From: Klebsormidium nitens
Taxonomy: Eukaryota; Plantae; Klebsormidiophyceae
Assembly: GCA_000708835.1 (NCBI GenBank)
Contig: DF237146.1
Span: forward strand, 1-64,000
Direction: 5' to 3'
DNA length: 64,000 nucleotides
Shown: in pieces, positions 36,511 through 48,527 of the stretch
Layout of the letters: every line of letters begins with the position of its first letter
Numbering within the stretch: the stretch's first letter is position 1
The notes under the pieces: model-generated
Told to the model about the DNA's origin: nothing
What the model saw: only the letters and a program-made list of their open reading frames with translations
Database searches by the model: none
Program-made: the position numbers and the translations under genes

Positions 36511-37708
36511 TAACACTGCGCCAGAGAGATGGTTGGCCAAGGGCAAGTGGCTAGCTTGTGCAGCATGAACAAGATACCGCTGCTTTGAAAAGCTTTTTGA
36601 AGCTCGTGTCTATTCGGTGTATACTTTTAGCTGTATATACCTTTCTACCGGCGCGGCTTGTCGATCTTCCAAGCAACTTTATGGTGTTTTCAATCGTACG
36701 TTGATGGACGGGCGCGTCGGGCCTCTACTGTGAAAGGAAACGTCCATATGCATGTTTTTCGCCCAGTACAATCCGACTCGACTTCGTGCAAGCCGATCAA
36801 GTGATCATTATCATGACAGTGATAGTACCTATGACATCTGGTGTAACGTTTGTACGTGTGCATGCCAGTGTTGCATGCGAAGCTACCGTCTCGACCAATT
36901 GCCGCTTCAAAGGCCCGCTAGGCGTACTGCGGGACGCCGAATATCTTCAATTTCGCCGCTGTCTGCGTTGATTACAAAAAATCTCATTAAGCTCACACGT
37001 ACACACTGCAACGCATTATAATAAATCAATAATTGTGCACAATCTGCAGTTCAACGCTGATAACATGCAGCTCGCCGCCCATGCACGTACTGCATGCTGC
37101 TCTGCTGGTTAAGAATGTTACAACTTGCATGATCGATATCAGAGCACATGCATTGACGTGCCCGCGCTAGCTTATAGATAGATACATGTACGTGCCACTG
37201 AGATATGTGCAGTCGTGTGTTAGTAAATCCAGTAATGCGTATAACCACTATTTGGTATGATTGATGCAAGTTGAGGCCTCATCATTGCAGGCCGGGCATG
37301 GGCTGGCGTGCACGGAATGTGCCGCATCTTCATGATGCGTACAGACTTCGTTACGACTTTGTCTGACGCCCTAAATTGTCAAAGCATAGTACATTCGGGG
37401 CCCGGCGCGCCCTATGGTACCTTGAAAGTTGAATCGGCATCTGATTGGAATGCAATCTTTGTGAGCATCTGGACCAAGCCTGACCCAGTCAAGTGTGCTA
37501 GCCAGCCACGTTAATAGCTATTGACTGAATTCTGTAATGCGAGCAGTTAGACGCGGGTCGGTTGTCTGTCATGAGTACGGCTGCAGATCGTTTGAGAGCA
37601 TGCAGCTTTTATTCCTGGCGACTAAGAGTCCGTCTCGCCGCAAGTTCAAGAGGAAAGATCTATGGTCCATGCAGCTAGTGAGGTGGTACAAGTTGTATCG
37701 AAAGGAGG

Positions 37709-38877
37709 CTACTCCAGCATACCCATCTTTATTGCAAACTTTGCTCCGCACACTCTTCCTCGTTCACTCCACGATATTAGATCTTCCTCTTCCAAACTCC
37801 AAGAAAAGGACCAGCCTGGAACAGACTGATAGTTGAGCCCCAAAGCGGCAGATACCCCCTCCTCTTTTCCTTGGACCCGAGTCTTCTTTGGAGGCTCCGG
37901 TGTGACATGCATGCCCCCACACATAAAAGTCGTCGAATGTCTTCCGAGGAATGATGTCCAGGGCATGAAAGAACCCGTGAAAAGCGCTGTTCCCGACTAG
38001 AGTAGCTGCGCCTCTCCTCTTAGACCTTCGTTTCTTTGGAGTGTAAGCGTACAATTCAATAGACAGTGCCGCCTTAGGCGCCCGCCTTGTGAGACAGCTG
38101 GTGCGATTCTCATCAGCTCTGTCCCGAGCTCTTCTTAAGATCTTCTCCAAGGAGCGGTCAGCAGGTCAGCTGGAAACAGCTGTTCAAGAGTGAGGCGTAT
38201 CCATCCATCAAAATTCCTCCAATGCTTGGCGCATGCCAACCTTTGTCGCTTGTCAGAGAGACCCCACAAGAGCAGTCTCTCTTTCAACCGAATCAGGATC
38301 AGAACCCTTCCAGGAAACATGTTTGACGTCAAGCTGCGGCCGGCAACACCTGATAGATGGCGTTTCTCCATCACGTCTTCTTTGGTTTTGGCAGGTTCAC
38401 CGTTTGAACAAACACGCAGCCTGGCAGTTACCAAGACCTTGTACCCTCCCAGAATTTCCACTTCTGCTTGTAACCTAGAAGTGTCTTCTAGTCCCTGTTT
38501 TCCAGCCATTCCGTAGAATGCTTCCTTCCAGATACTAGGGGTTACTTTTTCAGCGCGGTAAAAAGCCGCCAAGGCACACGTGGCACGCACCAGGGAGAGC
38601 GGGTCCTGAACAGCGAGCTTATGGAGTAGCACCAGAACCACGTCGCCCGGANNNNNNNNNNNNNNNNNNNNNNNNNNNNNNNNNNNNNNNNNNNNNNNNN
38701 NNNNNNNNNNNNNNNNNNNNNNNNNNNNNNNNNNNNNNNNNNNNNNNNNNNNNNNNNNNNNNNNNNNNNNNNNNNNNNNNNNNNNNNNNNNNNNNNNNNN
38801 NNNNNNNNNNNNNNNNNNNNNNNNNNNNNNNNNNNNNNNNNNNNNNNNNNNNNNNNCATGCCCGGAAGGGCCTCCAT
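37709..38877 (-). pseudogene. F-box gene, class I subfamily C, copy C2; two frameshifts and an N-gap in codons 5-7
   Basis: MEALPG [gap] PGDVVLVLLHKLAVQDPLSL. Three consecutive frames (38135-38641, 37764-38150, 37709-37966) together align with 41355-42356 and end KFAIKMGMLE. Confidence 0.88.
38652..38856. other. Assembly gap (205 N)
   Basis: Run of N. Confidence 1.
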
Positions 38878-39126
38878 GTCAGATTTCATCGTTCTCGACA
38901 GACTTCTGCCGTCACGGTTGTCCGCGTCGCCGCGCCAGTGCGGCCAGCGCCGAGACCGCCTTCGCGGCCGCGTTAACCGAAATGCTGGGCTCTTAAGTTT
39001 TGAAACCCAAACCCTGTCGTCCTGGTCGACCACGCGGCCGCGGTAGCTAGCGCGCGCCATGCTCCAATTCGTCTGCTATCTAAATCTTTCAAGTGAAGCA
39101 AGGCGTGCGTTGGAGCGCCTGACGCC
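38878..39126. promoter_or_regulatory. Shared divergent spacer / putative bidirectional promoter (C2-D1)
   Basis: CGCGGCCGCGTTAAC at 38963, GAAACCCAAACCCT at 39002, GCGGCCGC at 39034. TTCAAGTGAA..AAGGCGTGCG is shared with the 42357-42685 spacer. Confidence 0.6.
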
Positions 39127-40158
39127 ATGGAGGCTCTTCCAAGCGACGTCGCTCAGACAATTCTCCACAAGCTAGCAGCGCAGGACCCCCCCTCCTTGCT
39201 AACACTGACCTGCGCAAGCGCATCTTTCTACAGGGAGGCCGAGCAAAGTCCTGAGATCTGGAAAGAAGCGTGGTTGGCACCATTGCATCAGCCTCACTCT
39301 GAGCACAGCAAACTGGCGCTTGGAAAAGAGCTGAGCGCAAAGCTGGACTCAGAGATTCTTGCGTTGGGGGGATATAAGAAGCTGGTGATAGCCCGCTGGG
39401 CGAGGGTTGCCCAAGGACACAAGATTTCCTCCGATGAAGAGTTTGATGACGCTTACTGTGACATCGCCAACCCTCCCCGTTGGAGCAAGTCAACCGGAGA
39501 GAAGGAGTACACCAGCTCTAGAACTCGATACTTGGTTCTTATCAGGGTGGAGGGAAGCCTTCTTCTCTGGGGGCTCTACAAAGCAGAAGCTTTGGGCCCT
39601 CCCCGCGGGACCTGTCATTGTAAGCCAGGTGCTGAAGAAAGAGATACCCTGTCTCTCAGCTTCTATGACCGACGATTACCAAGCCTCCCAGATCCTTCTA
39701 TCGCAAGGTTGACGATCCGAGCAAGCAGATTCGAGCCAGTTTACGTGGATGTCCCTGTTGACAAGATCCAAGAGCACTGGAGAGAATCTTATGGACTTGT
39801 GAGTAGATTCGGAGGAACAAACTTGGAATTCCAAGAGCTGGTGGCCAGCATGGAAATTTATGCATGCCTGGATGAGCGCACCGATCCAAAGAAACTGCCG
39901 CCAACAAGAAAGGGCAAGACCTGGGAGTGCTTCCTTTTCCTCCGGCACCCTTCGGATCCTTCTCAAGGGTATCACTACCTTGATTGTGGATTCGGCGGAA
40001 GATTCTATGTCTTCGTCAAAGATGATCAAGAGGGGGACATCCAGGATTCGCAGTCTTCGCTGTTACTGCACATGGCGCAGGCAGCTGTGAGCTTCGTTTC
40101 AGAAGTCAATGAGAAGCTTTGTCAGGCGGGAACCTGGATTGCGGACCTGTTTGATTGA
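39127..40158 (+). CDS. F-box protein, class II subfamily D, intact, 343 aa, intronless
   Basis: MEALPSDVAQTILHKLAAQDPPSLL...EIWKEAWLA. Open ORF with family motifs KLDSEILALGGYKKL and RYLVLIRVEGSLLLWG. Confidence 0.9.
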   Translation: MEALPSDVAQTILHKLAAQDPPSLLTLTCASASFYREAEQSPEIWKEAWLAPLHQPHSEHSKLALGKELSAKLDSEILALGGYKKLVIARWARVAQGHKISSDEEFDDAYCDIANPPRWSKSTGEKEYTSSRTRYLVLIRVEGSLLLWGLYKAEALGPPRGTCHCKPGAEERDTLSLSFYDRRLPSLPDPSIARLTIRASRFEPVYVDVPVDKIQEHWRESYGLVSRFGGTNLEFQELVASMEIYACLDERTDPKKLPPTRKGKTWECFLFLRHPSDPSQGYHYLDCGFGGRFYVFVKDDQEGDIQDSQSSLLLHMAQAAVSFVSEVNEKLCQAGTWIADLFD

Positions 40159-41354
40159 ATCGTACTAAGGACGTTTGTATTGGGTCAGGTAGCTTCTAGA
40201 AGACGAAGACGAAATAGTTTTCAGAACACGAGCTACTGGCAGAAACAAATCGCTGAAGAAAATTGAGAGGAGGAAGGATATGAACAATAGATGTCTAAGT
40301 TGCTTTCGTGCGAAGGCAACCGCTTTGTGAAGCTGAATGACTGGCACGGTAACGATGGCTCACTGCGGTCTTATCGTTCATCATGAGAAGATTTTATACG
40401 AGATCCTCAGGCTACCTACTGGCGAGCGAATGGACGAGGGATTGACCAGGACAACACCGGTTGTGATGTGCGCGCCTATCTCTGATTAATATCTGCTGCA
40501 TGAGTCGCTTTTCTGTAGCATGTATATGTGACACACGGGAATGGTCTCGCTCACTCTTGTGAGGCTGTAGCCTGTCTGAATATCACGAGGAGCGAATGGG
40601 TATCTGACATCCGTGAGGCAATGATCAGTGCCTTTCACATGCTTAGACTTGGTACGAGAGCTCCGTGATTCGCGCCGTTCTGAGGTGCTGAAGTTTGAAG
40701 TATCTACATCTGCGCGCCACCACATCAACGAAACGTACTGAGCGTCGGTAGTCCTTTTGCAGTGCATATACTCTTCAGTTATTGGAAGCTGTGGAAAAGG
40801 ATGGACTTGGGTACATAAAAGGCGACTTCATTTGGTGGGCACGTTCCAGACTGTGCTATGCTGCCTGAATTGCATAATTGTCTTATGCTACCCTGATTTG
40901 TCTTCTAGCAAAACTTTCGATACATATTTAGCAGGCGCATGATGAAGCGAAGGATTCGGCAGGGGCGCAGGTTATGTACGGGACATTCATTAAAAGTGCT
41001 TGGCGACCTTCGATACATCCGCTAGAGGGACCATTGCCAATTTGTATCTACATATGTGGGGCCAGCAAAAGTCTGGAGAGCAGTATACTGGAATCCCAAT
41101 GATTATAAAGCATCTGAACCAGATCTGGCATGCTTAAAAAGCAAACTTTCAGGCGCGTAAGGAGCTACCCAAACTTTGAAGGCCTTGTGGACAGAGAAGC
41201 GGGTCGTTGTGTACTCGTAACATCAACTACATATATAGTTCGGGGCCGCAAGAATCATCAGAAGGATGCCTTGCCGGTTCGTCTCTTCGTAACGTTTACT
41301 GAGGGAAGACGTTGACTTGACCAACCAGACTTGATCAATAGCTGGTACCGCGAA

Positions 41355-42356
41355 CTACTCTAGCATTTGCTGCTTGATCTCGAACTTTGCAAGGCGCGCT
41401 CGTCCTCGTGGGCTCAGTTTCCGCAAATCTTCGTCCCTCTCCTCTCTCAGGCTCCACGAAAAGGACCAACCTGGGACAGAACGATAGTTGAACCCCAAAA
41501 TGGAGTAAACCCCGTCCTGATCTTCTGTGACCTGAGGCTTTGGAGGCTCCGCGTTGACATGCCCATATATTGCGTCGTCTTTCTTACCACGCATGACGTC
41601 CAATGGACGGAAGAATCCCTGAAAAGCATGGTTGCCTTCGGAAGTAGGCGCCCCTCCAATCACCACTTTCTCAAGGTCGTTTTTCTTCGGCGTGTAAGCG
41701 TACAGTTCAACGGAAAGGTCCGCCTTGAACCCTTCTGTTACATAGCAACTTTTGTTCAAAGGATAAACTCCTTCCCGAGCTTCCCTCAATGTCTTTTCCA
41801 GAGAGATATTAGCAGGATAAAGCTTTTCGAGTTGAAGGCGTAACCAACCCCTATAACTCCGCCACCGGTCTTTAGCAGACGCCAGTCTTTGTTGCTTGTC
41901 AGAGAGACCCCACAAGAGCAGCCTCCCTTTCAGCCGCACCAGGACTACAAACCTTCCGGGGAACATGTTCGACTCAAAGCTGCAACCTGGAGCATCCAAA
42001 GGGTTGCTTCGTCCCTTCACGGTTCTTTTGGGTTTGTTCTGGTCACGCCCTAAACCTACACAAACACGCAGCCTTGTTAGCAACAAGGTCTTGTAACCTC
42101 CCAAAATTTCTACTTCTGCATCCAACTTGGAGCAAGCCTCCGGTTCATGTTTGAAATCCGTCCCATAAAATGCTACTTTCCAGATGCTAGGGGTTTCTTC
42201 TCCGGCGCGGTAAAAGGACGCCGATGCACACGTGGCGCGCACCAGGGAAAGCGGGTCCTGACCAGCGAGCTTGTGAAGAAGCACCACAACAACGTCACCT
42301 GGAAGAGCCTCCATGTCGGCCTTTGAGTCTAACGTCGTGTTCTGGTCTGAGTCCAA
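41355..42356 (-). CDS. F-box protein, class I subfamily C, intact, 333 aa (319 aa from ATG 42314), intronless
   Basis: MEALPGDVVVVLLHKLAGQDPLSL. Open ORF and paralog of 11020-11976. Confidence 0.9.
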   Translation of the reverse strand: MDSDQNTTLDSKADMEALPGDVVVVLLHKLAGQDPLSLVRATCASASFYRAGEETPSIWKVAFYGTDFKHEPEACSKLDAEVEILGGYKTLLLTRLRVCVGLGRDQNKPKRTVKGRSNPLDAPGCSFESNMFPGRFVVLVRLKGRLLLWGLSDKQQRLASAKDRWRSYRGWLRLQLEKLYPANISLEKTLREAREGVYPLNKSCYVTEGFKADLSVELYAYTPKKNDLEKVVIGGAPTSEGNHAFQGFFRPLDVMRGKKDDAIYGHVNAEPPKPQVTEDQDGVYSILGFNYRSVPGWSFSWSLREERDEDLRKLSPRGRARLAKFEIKQQMLE

Positions 42357-42685
42357 ATGATTCCTGCCTTGTAGTTGCTTCTAGTCTATAATCCGTTTCG
42401 CGTCGACGCAACGATCGGCCGCCAGCCAGCGTCAATCGCGCCGACCACCCCTCCGCGGCCGCGTTGACGCGAGGAACTTGATGAAAACCTCTTTGAAAAC
42501 ATCTCGTGCGCACGCGCGCGCGGTCGACCGGCCTCTAAATCTTGAAACCCTCGATTCACGACCGATCACGCGGCCGAGATTGCGCGCGCTGCGGCCATGA
42601 CATGCGCATATCAAAGGGCTACCTGTAAGCAGAGGAAACTTCAACTTCAAGTGAAAGAAAGGCGTGCGCTGGACCGCCTAGAGCC
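42357..42685. promoter_or_regulatory. Shared divergent spacer / putative bidirectional promoter (C3-D2)
   Basis: CGCGGCCGCGTTGAC at 42454 and GAAACCCT at 42544. Same layout as 38878-39126 and, inverted, 10760-11019. Confidence 0.6.
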
Positions 42686-43198
42686 ATGAAGGATCTTCCG
42701 GGCAACGTGGCGCGGATCATTCTCCGCAAGCTGGCAGTCCAGGACCCCCCCTCCTTGTTATCACTGACTTCTGCAGATGCATCTTCTTACAGAGAGGCCA
42801 AGCAGAGTCCTGGGATCTGGAAGGAGGCGTGGTATTCATCAGCTGATCAGCAAAGCTCCGAGGTCTGGAAGAAAGGGTGGTCCCCACCCGAGGATAATGA
42901 GTTTGAATTCAGGGACGTCATGAACCCGTCACTTTGGTGGAAAGAGATGAGCGCGAAGCTGGACTCTGAGATCCTGGCGCTAGGAGGCTTAGGGTACAAG
43001 AAGTTGGTGATCGCTCGCTGGGCGAGAACTCCCAAAAAGAAAGTCTCTACTCCCGGTGGAGACCAGGGAAACACTCTTGAACACCTCAAGATTCCTGTTG
43101 GCAGACTTGCAAACAAACAGTTGGAATACAGCAGCTCCACAAGCAGATACCTGATGCCCCTCAAGGTAAAGGGGGGGTTCTTCCTTTGGGGGGCCTAG
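42686..43198 (+). pseudogene. F-box gene, class II subfamily D, copy D2; truncated at 170 aa
   Basis: MKDLPGNVARIILRKLAVQDPPSLL...KLDSEILALGGLGYKKLVIARW...RYLMPLKVKGGFFLWG, then a stop. Paralog 39127 continues for about 190 aa more. Confidence 0.8.
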
Positions 43199-44583
43199 AA
43201 CTGCCTAGAATCACAAAAACACCGAGATACGAGTTGGGTTAATCTAGGGGCCTGAGAAAAGGTACAAGAAACGGAACAGCTTCTGAACAGCCACCAGCAT
43301 CATCAGCAATCGCCTTTCATGTACTAGGTTGTTAAAACAAGCAAGCCGTTCGGAGCCAGCTTACTACCTGGATCGCCGTTTCGACAAGAGAGACAACACT
43401 GGAGCAAGGTTGGAAAAGTCGAAGAGGATCCGGACGGGAAGGAACACGAGGATTCCAAAGGCCATGGCCAGTATCGTATTCTAAGCAACACAGAGTGAGA
43501 GAACGAATCCGACAAAGCTTTCGCTGAGTAGGAAAGGCAAGGCCGGGATTGCGCACTGCTGCGCCGTCCCCATTCTGAAGCGTATTCTACTATTGTCGCC
43601 GTCGACTGGATTCAAGTCTTACTGGAAGTTTGTATGCCATGGTGACAAAGATTTTTGAGAGTGTTCTCAGTCATCAAAGAAAACCTCTGTGGGCGAGAGC
43701 CTCGGTTGCGGACCTGTTAGGCTGAATGCTCCGGCAGATGTATACATCATCTTGCCAGGCTTGTACATGAAAAAGTGGATTTCATTGTAAAATATTGGCT
43801 GAAGGGAACCGCTTTAAAGAGTCAATCGGAGGAAGGATCAAAGGCTAAAAGGTTGCTTACAAGTCTGCAAGCTTTTCGTCAAGAGAAAGTGGGACGAGGT
43901 TGAAATAGTCTTTTCCGGATCTCTCCTCTATCCACTCTGCTTCGAACAGATTGCAGACGGGCTTCTTATTCTGTCTACCTACTTGTGACAGCTGGCGAAC
44001 CCAATAAACGAGGCTCTTGGTGAAAGCAGAAACCGTTCATATGCGCGCATTGATCTCACTTCCTATATACGCGGACTTGCCCCATAAGCTGTACCTTGCA
44101 TGGGCGTAGCGATGCAGGACTGAATAAATTCTCATAGTGTCGAGGATATTTTCACTCTGAAATTGATGTGAGGCGATCAAGTAATTTGCATCGGCCAGCT
44201 GCCAAAGCTGCTTTGCTGACTCTCTTGAGGAGTCTCATGTTCCTCGGCTCCCCTGAGGAGCTGAACGGTTGAAATCAGATCCTTTCCATATACCATCAGG
44301 TCGAAATATATAATAGTTAGCCGCGAGACGAGGATATAGCGACGGTATTGAGCTTCATTTCCTCTGCGGTGCTTTATCTACAACTTACCCCGTTCCGTTG
44401 CCAGATTTCAACAAGTCAAAAACACGGCGGAAGTATCCCGCATGCCTAGTAATCCTTGCAGGGACCCAGAAATTTTTCGACGTTGCCAGCTTTTCACATA
44501 TGAGATTCTGTGTTTTGAAAGAAGCCTCGTTGCTTCTGGTTCCGATTGCCACACGCCGGCCAGTCCAAAACAAATGCTCGTCT

Positions 44584-44646
44584 GCAAGATAGGCCACTGA
44601 ACGGCAAGATAGGCCACTGAACTGCAAGATAGGCCACTGAACGGCA
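44584..44646. repeat. 20-bp tandem repeat x3
   Basis: GCAAGATAGGCCACTGAAC(G/T) at 44584, 44604 and 44624. Confidence 0.95.
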
Positions 44647-45060
44647 TCGTTTCTAAAACATCTTAGCTGGTGCTGCCGTCTAATGAAGGCTATGAGAAAC
44701 TGAGCGTGTTTCATCCTTATTATCCTTATCAATGCTTGTACGCTGATCCTAAAACACCATGATCGTATCGGGTAACCGTTTTGATATCCAAGCCAAGCAG
44801 AAAGTTTTGTGTGGCGTAGGGCTGGGCTGTTAAGATCGGGCGTGCAAGAATAAGAATACCCACTGGCTGGCAGCGAGCTAGGAGGGCAAGTGCGAAGGGC
44901 ACTTGGCACATTCATTGTGTTGGGATTCTGCGGATCAGCCACTTTTGACTTCACGCCGCGCTTCTAATTTCAAGACTCGGATGCTGGGGGCCAGGAATCA
45001 GGTCAATCTCTTGCACACATTTTAGCTGAAACTTCATCGAGTCATTTCCACCTCTGGTCC

Positions 45061-45926
45061 TTAATTGGTAAACCAACGGACTGTGCAAGCCGGCAGATTC
45101 TCGGAATCAAATTCAATATTTGTGTAGCCTCCTAACAAACATCCTTCACTGCACTGATTATCAACGTTTTGATCAAAGGCGCCCAACGCATAGCAGTTCC
45201 ACGTTTTAAGGCACGAGCGGACCCCCCTTGCTGATGGAAGGTTCGATACCAAACTTTCGTCTGGGGCTGATACTCTCCGCTCTTCTTTCGCTTTTCCTAA
45301 GGATTCAGTCCAACCGTATGCATCCACGGAAAGCGCTTCAAAGCTTTCTTCCAAATTACAACAGCCTTTGCGAACTTTCGAGATGAAAGCTTCCTTCCAG
45401 TCGAAGCAACACTGTGGCTCAAGGGGAATGCCTGCACAAAGGTAAGTGGCGTGCTATTTTCCGGCGAAGAATATTTCTGTCCGGAAACGGTCCTGAGGGT
45501 AGTAGAGGCAGCACAACCGCAGGCTGCCGCATATGCGAGCGATTACCAGCAATCCGCCACTACACAGCTCCGGTTGAAAGAAGCCGTGAAGGGGGCGCAC
45601 TCGCTCCACCTTGTCTGATTTTGCTCAGACGCTCTGCGCTTCTGCTCCGCACAGAATCGTGCCGTCAGTAAACGCTTGAAACCGCCTCGCGCGTCCACCT
45701 CCGCATCCAACTTGGAAAGCTCCTCTGAGAGGTACGCTTGGAACAGTAGCTGCATGCCTCCTCCTATTTCTGACCCTTAAAACACCTCCTTCCAGACCTG
45801 TGGGCCGGCTGAAGCTGCGCGATGGAAGCGTGCCAAGGAACACGTGGCGCGCATCAAGGAGAGCGGGTCTTGCCAAGCCAGCTTGCGGAGGATCACCCGA
45901 ACGACGTCACTCGGAACGTCATCCAT
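45061..45926 (-). pseudogene. F-box gene, class I subfamily B, copy B4; stops and frameshift
   Basis: MDDVPSDVVRVILRKLAWQDPLSLMRATC...VWKEVF* (TAA 45777-45779 where paralogs have Y), then SKLDAEVDARGG, a frameshift near 45580, FQPELCSGGLLVIARI and FEALSVDAYG. Confidence 0.85.
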
Positions 45927-46230
45927 AGCAGCGGGCCCTAGAAGGTTTGAGGAAAGAGTTTCGTTTCAGAGCACGGCTGGAGAACCGACGCGCGCCGCTA
46001 CCATCGCGCATCGCGGGCCCGCTGAAGATTCCGGCCGGCCGCGACGGCCGAGTTGCCGACTCGCGGCCGCGCTTCGTCGCGGAGACCAGCCTGAGCCGCG
46101 CGCGTCTGCGCGGCAGAGTACCGCCCGCGAGCGTGCGCGCGTGCGTTGTTGATCGACCCCACCCTGACGGGCGGCGGCCGCCCTGTTGCAAAAAGGCGCG
46201 GCCCGCCCAAGAAGAAGGCAGCGCCCAACG

Positions 46231-46452
46231 ATGGCCGCTCTTGCAACGGACATGATCTTGGTTATATTAGGCAAGCTTGAGGAGCAGGATCCCCCTTCTT
46301 TGCTGCAGGCTACTTGTGTCATTCACGCAATTAGCTTCCGCCATGCTCGCCGAACTACAGCTGTTTGCTCAGCCCTGAGACGCGCCCTCTTGGGCGACCT
46401 CGCGCGTTGGAGCGTTGGACCACGGAGTGACGGCAGGTCGGGCGCCTTATAA
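46231..46452 (+). pseudogene. F-box relic, class II (E-type), facing B4
   Basis: MAALATDMILVILGKLEEQDPPSLLQATCV resembles 49019 (MDGLAVDVIVIILRKLAGQDPLSLLQA). Decays after about 40 codons. Confidence 0.7.
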
Positions 46453-47771
46453 ATCCCAGCCGAGAGCGGCCGTTTTTTAGTAGACATCTATTCCGGCAGC
46501 GGGTTCTCAAGCGTTTGCCAACGCCAAAAAGGAGAATGTGACACACACGAACTTTAAAATAGGCTCTCGAATCCGAGCGTCGAGAGCTTCAATACTCGGC
46601 TGACATGACACATGCATCGTTCCGAAAAGCCCGCTGATTCAATCAGGAAAGCCGGAAAAAGCAGAAGGCAACCACCTTGGACAGACGTGCGCAATGATCG
46701 GCCGCTCGCGCTCGCGGCGTGCATCTCGAGCAGTGGGCGCGGCTGGCCGTCCGCACGTGGCTAGAGCTGCGGGTTGAAGTGGCGGGCGGCAGTGAGGCGG
46801 CACTCATTTGCGTGCAGACGGATTCGGCTTCGGAAAAGACGAAGTGCTTAGTAGCCGCGGAAGATGGCCAGGCGCATGCGTGCCCCGCGCGCGCACAGAC
46901 ATCGCGAGCGTCCGCACAGGCGCACACGCCTCTTTCATGTCCTAGCTGGTAGCTGTCATGGTCCGTTCCGAGGCGAGTTTGGTTGGGAGACAATCGTACA
47001 AAAGCGTACAAAACTTAGAGACTTATAAGTCACCTATCATGACGACGATATGGGCTTGATCCAGGAATAGATGCATGATTCGTTGTCTCAGATCTTTTGT
47101 ATTGATTGTTGGAGGTGAAGTAAGGCGGTTTCTTTTGTTCGGCAGGATTCACGGGTTCGCCTGGTGTACGTTCAAAAATGATCATCCATTTTGTAACAGT
47201 GTTCCGCATATTGTATGTAAGATGGAAACATACTGATCAAAAGATTCATCAAGGATCAGACGCACCGAGGAAGCGGAGGTCTTGTCGATCCCGCATCCGA
47301 GCTGAGCCCATAAACTGCAGAGTTGCGGAAAACTTAACAAAAAAGGCAATCATTTCGGTCCGTTCAAGTTCTGGTTACTGACCCATGAGGCTTCCAGTTT
47401 AATATTTGCATCACACTTTTGGTCCCCAAAAGATATACGCCACATGGTCAGGCACTCGCCGCTCTCGTTCCGTCGACTAAATGTGAATCTTCATTTACGT
47501 CGTTCTGGCGACATGTTTCCATAGGAAGTTGCTAATAGCCTTGTCAGAGCTACAGGCGTACTACCTTGTCACCTTAGATTCTAGGCTCCTCCATACATTT
47601 CTAGAGCAATCTTTCTTGATCTACTGTACAACCTAGCTAAGGCGTTGATCGATCCAATTGTTTTGCCCCTAACGTCAGTTCAACCACCGGACCGTCACTA
47701 CGGAGAATGCTAATTGCATCCGTTTCGAGTTCTCAGTAAGTTCTCTACTGGACATCTTCCACCAGGCTGGT

Positions 47772-48527
47772 TTACATCTGCTTTTCTGGCGCCCCAAAGA
47801 GACCAAGCGACATCTGACTTGTCAGTTCCGGCAAAGGAGAATACCACTCCGACGAATCCCATACCAGACTCTGTCCATCGGTGGTGCACTCGGCTCTTAG
47901 TTTCGCTTCTCTTGAGGAGCCGCTGAATCCGTACACTTCGACGGACAAGGGTTCAAAACTTCTGCCCGAGATAGCACGTCTTCTTAGAGCTTCTTCAACA
48001 TAAGGGTCCTTCAAACCAGCAAAAGGACGCAGTGACTTAAGGAACATGAGTGGAGATCGGTGAAATGGGTAGTAATTGGAACTCAGAATCTCTGGAAACG
48101 GTCCCCGGAAACGGTCCCGAGGGTAGAGGCCCCACAAGAAGAGGTTGCTGCAAATGCGGGCGACGATCAGCACCTCGCCCTCAAAGAGATCCGGTTGGAA
48201 GCGGCCAGACTCGCCGCACTTCTGGTTTTGTTCAGACGCCTTCTGCGTCCCGAGTAACCTCGCCATCAGCAGACGCCTGAACCCCCCTCGCGCATCCACC
48301 TCCGCATCCAACTTGGAAATTTCCTTTGGGAAGTAGGACAGAGATCGGGACTGCATGCTATCTCCTAAATGCGAGCCATAGAAAGCTTCCTTCCAGACCT
48401 GTGGGTCGGCTAATGCAGCGCGATAGAAGGGCGCCAAGGCCCACGTGGCGCGCAGCAAGGAGAGCGGGTCCTGCACAGCCAGCTTGCGGAGGATCGCCCA
48501 AACGACATCGCTCGGAAGGTCATTCAT
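47772..48527 (-). CDS. F-box protein, class I subfamily B, open ORF of 251 aa, intronless (C-terminus possibly shortened)
   Basis: ATG 48527 by paralog alignment (MNDLPSDVVWAILRKLAVQDPLSLLRATW). The upstream ORF extension to 48884 is GC-rich spacer. Confidence 0.85.
   Translation of the reverse strand: MNDLPSDVVWAILRKLAVQDPLSLLRATWALAPFYRAALADPQVWKEAFYGSHLGDSMQSRSLSYFPKEISKLDAEVDARGGFRRLLMARLLGTQKASEQNQKCGESGRFQPDLFEGEVLIVARICSNLFLWGLYPRDRFRGPFPEILSSNYYPFHRSPLMFLKSLRPFAGLKDPYVEEALRRRAISGRSFEPLSVEVYGFSGSSREAKLRAECTTDGQSLVWDSSEWYSPLPELTSQMSLGLFGAPEKQM

Noticed and set aside
25654-36572. Many 60-270 aa ORFs antisense to or out of frame with the C2CD3-like exons
   Set aside because: Shadow ORFs expected in GC-rich coding DNA. 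None has a domain or splice support.
44385-44954. 189-aa minus-strand ORF
   Set aside because: Runs through the 20-bp tandem repeat, has no plausible start or motif, and is likely spurious.
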